Below are positions 62,634-64,000 of a DNA stretch of 64,000 bases, piece by piece. Numbering within the stretch: position 1 is the first letter of the stretch; each line of letters starts with the position of its first letter. The stretch covers positions 128,714,001 through 128,778,000 of the forward strand of contig NW_024704742.1 in assembly GCF_018977255.1 (NCBI RefSeq), written 5' to 3'. Made by a program: the position numbers and the translations under genes. This DNA is from Callorhinchus milii (Eukaryota). The notes beneath the pieces are model-generated. The model had not been told where the DNA came from. It ran no database searches and saw only the letters and a program-made list of their open reading frames with translations.

Positions 62634-63044
62634 AAAGTACCCACTATGCTATGGAATTCCATCTTACACATTACGCCTCCCAGTAATTCCCAGTAACTAA
62701 TGATACTCAGAGCAGGTAATAGTGACTCTGAGTTGCAAATAGCAGCTGCTGCTGCCCATCACTGGATTGCTCCAACCCTCTTAGAAATAGTTTGTGAGGG
62801 GTCTAGGGGGTCGGCGAGATACGTTACCGTTTACCAACAGTAGTCGCTAATTCACAATTAAGTCTTATTACCAATTTGTCCTGTGGAGCCTAGCATACTG
62901 AATCTCAATCTGTGTTGTGTTCAGAAACCCTCTCCTGGCAGAATTCTGTGGTGAGGATTCTCAGAGACAGGAAAGGAGTTTCTAAACAAAAAATGATAAT
63001 CTTTTGGAAGCCAGCAGAAGTCTTATACTGTTTGTGAGGGAGGT

Positions 63045-63215
63045 AACCAGGGTTTTGCCTTGCAACTGAGTTAGATCCAAAGTGACAAGCTTGGCAATGC
63101 AACGTCAGATTTGAGTCAAATCTTTGTAGTTGTGTTGGTAGTGCCTGAGCCAGACAAGTCCACAGCACTCCAGGGAACTGCTGATGACAGAGCAGAGACA
63201 CCCAGGATCATCAGC
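63045..63215 (-). mobile_element. Unclassified interspersed repeat, inverted partial copy (another at 17090-17250)
   Basis: Reverse complement CTGTCATCAGCAGTTCCCTGGAG..TTGCCAAGCTTGTCAC. Confidence 0.72.
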
Positions 63216-63570
63216 CGTCTCCCTTCAACAGTCTCCCTAAGGAACCTGTTCCACAGGTTCACTGTTCACTCACTGAAATAATGTTTTCATAACTTTGTTC
63301 TGAATTTAACCCCTTTCAATCGTAGGCTGTGTCCTCTGGTTTTACTATTCTGGACAAGTTAAAACATCATCATTTATATTGTTTTGCCCCTTTAGAATCT
63401 TAAAGACAGCAATCATGTCGCCTCTCAATCTTCTCTTTTCCAGCGTGAACATGCCCAATTTACATAGTCGCTCCTCATAGTCCAGTCCTTCCATTCCTCC
63501 CTCAATCAATTTGTTTGCTCTCCTCTGTATCTTCTCGATTTCTCCAATATCCTTTTTATACTGCGGCATT
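63215..63570 (-). mobile_element. CR1 fragment
   Basis: PQYKKDIGEIEKIQRRANKLI..LDYEERLCKLGMFTLEKRRLRGDMIAVFKILKG. Confidence 0.92.
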
Positions 63571-63654
63571 ACACTACACTTCACCGTAAATCCTGTGAAG
63601 TGCCTTGGAGAAACCAAACGAAATTTAGTGGAATTAGTGAAATAATTCAATTAT

Positions 63655-64000
63655 TATCAACAACAACAACAACAACTTGCATTTATGTAGCATCCTCCAG
63701 GCTGGGCGGCGTCTCAGAGCGCTTAACAATGGCGGAGCCTAAGGCCGAGCCATGGGGAGGGGGAAAGTGACCATAGGCGCGGTCGAAGAGGAAGCTCTTC
63801 AGGCATGACCTGAAGATGGGGAAGGAGGGGAAAGTGGGGCGAAGGGGCTGAGGAAGGGAGTTCCAAAGTTTTGGGGTGTAGTGGCTGAAGGCATGGCTGC
63901 CAATGGTGGAGCGGAGGATTCGAGGAACATGGAGCAGGCCGAACCCAGTAGAAAGGAGACAGCGGGTACTGCTGTGGGGAGAGAGGAGGTTAGAGAGGTA
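63655..64000 (-). mobile_element. L2 3' end running off the window
   Basis: (TTG)n tail and L2 3' sequence. Confidence 0.9.

Noticed and set aside
17090..63215. Orientation bias of the unclassified repeat (7 of 9 copies on one strand)
   Set aside because: Too few copies; 7 versus 2 is compatible with chance.

Overview
This is vertebrate genomic DNA, most likely from a cartilaginous fish and possibly a chimaera. That assignment is inferred from the repeat content: CR1 and L2 LINEs, Deu-domain SINEs, and an abundant tRNA-Ala-headed SINE. The only protein-coding gene I can support is PIK3C3 (Vps34) on the minus strand. Coding exon 1 is at 4955-5022 (68 bp) and exon 2 at 1836-2024 (189 bp); the gene continues off the left edge. 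Its CpG-island promoter (~5480-6620) is unusual. It holds a ~450-bp UG-rich minisatellite between the putative start region and the ATG, and a TATA plus TISU-like element that opens a 3-codon uORF. It also holds a 512-bp foldback-like inverted repeat (6002-6513) whose arms carry 4 versus 10 tandem GC-box units and mirror-image RFX X-boxes. The remaining ~57 kb looks intergenic and is dense in 5'-truncated L2 and CR1 fragments, two related SINE lineages, and an unclassified ~600-900 bp interspersed repeat seen nine times. Nearly all ORFs in the supplied track are repeat-derived or spurious. Repeat boundaries were set by eye and are approximate.
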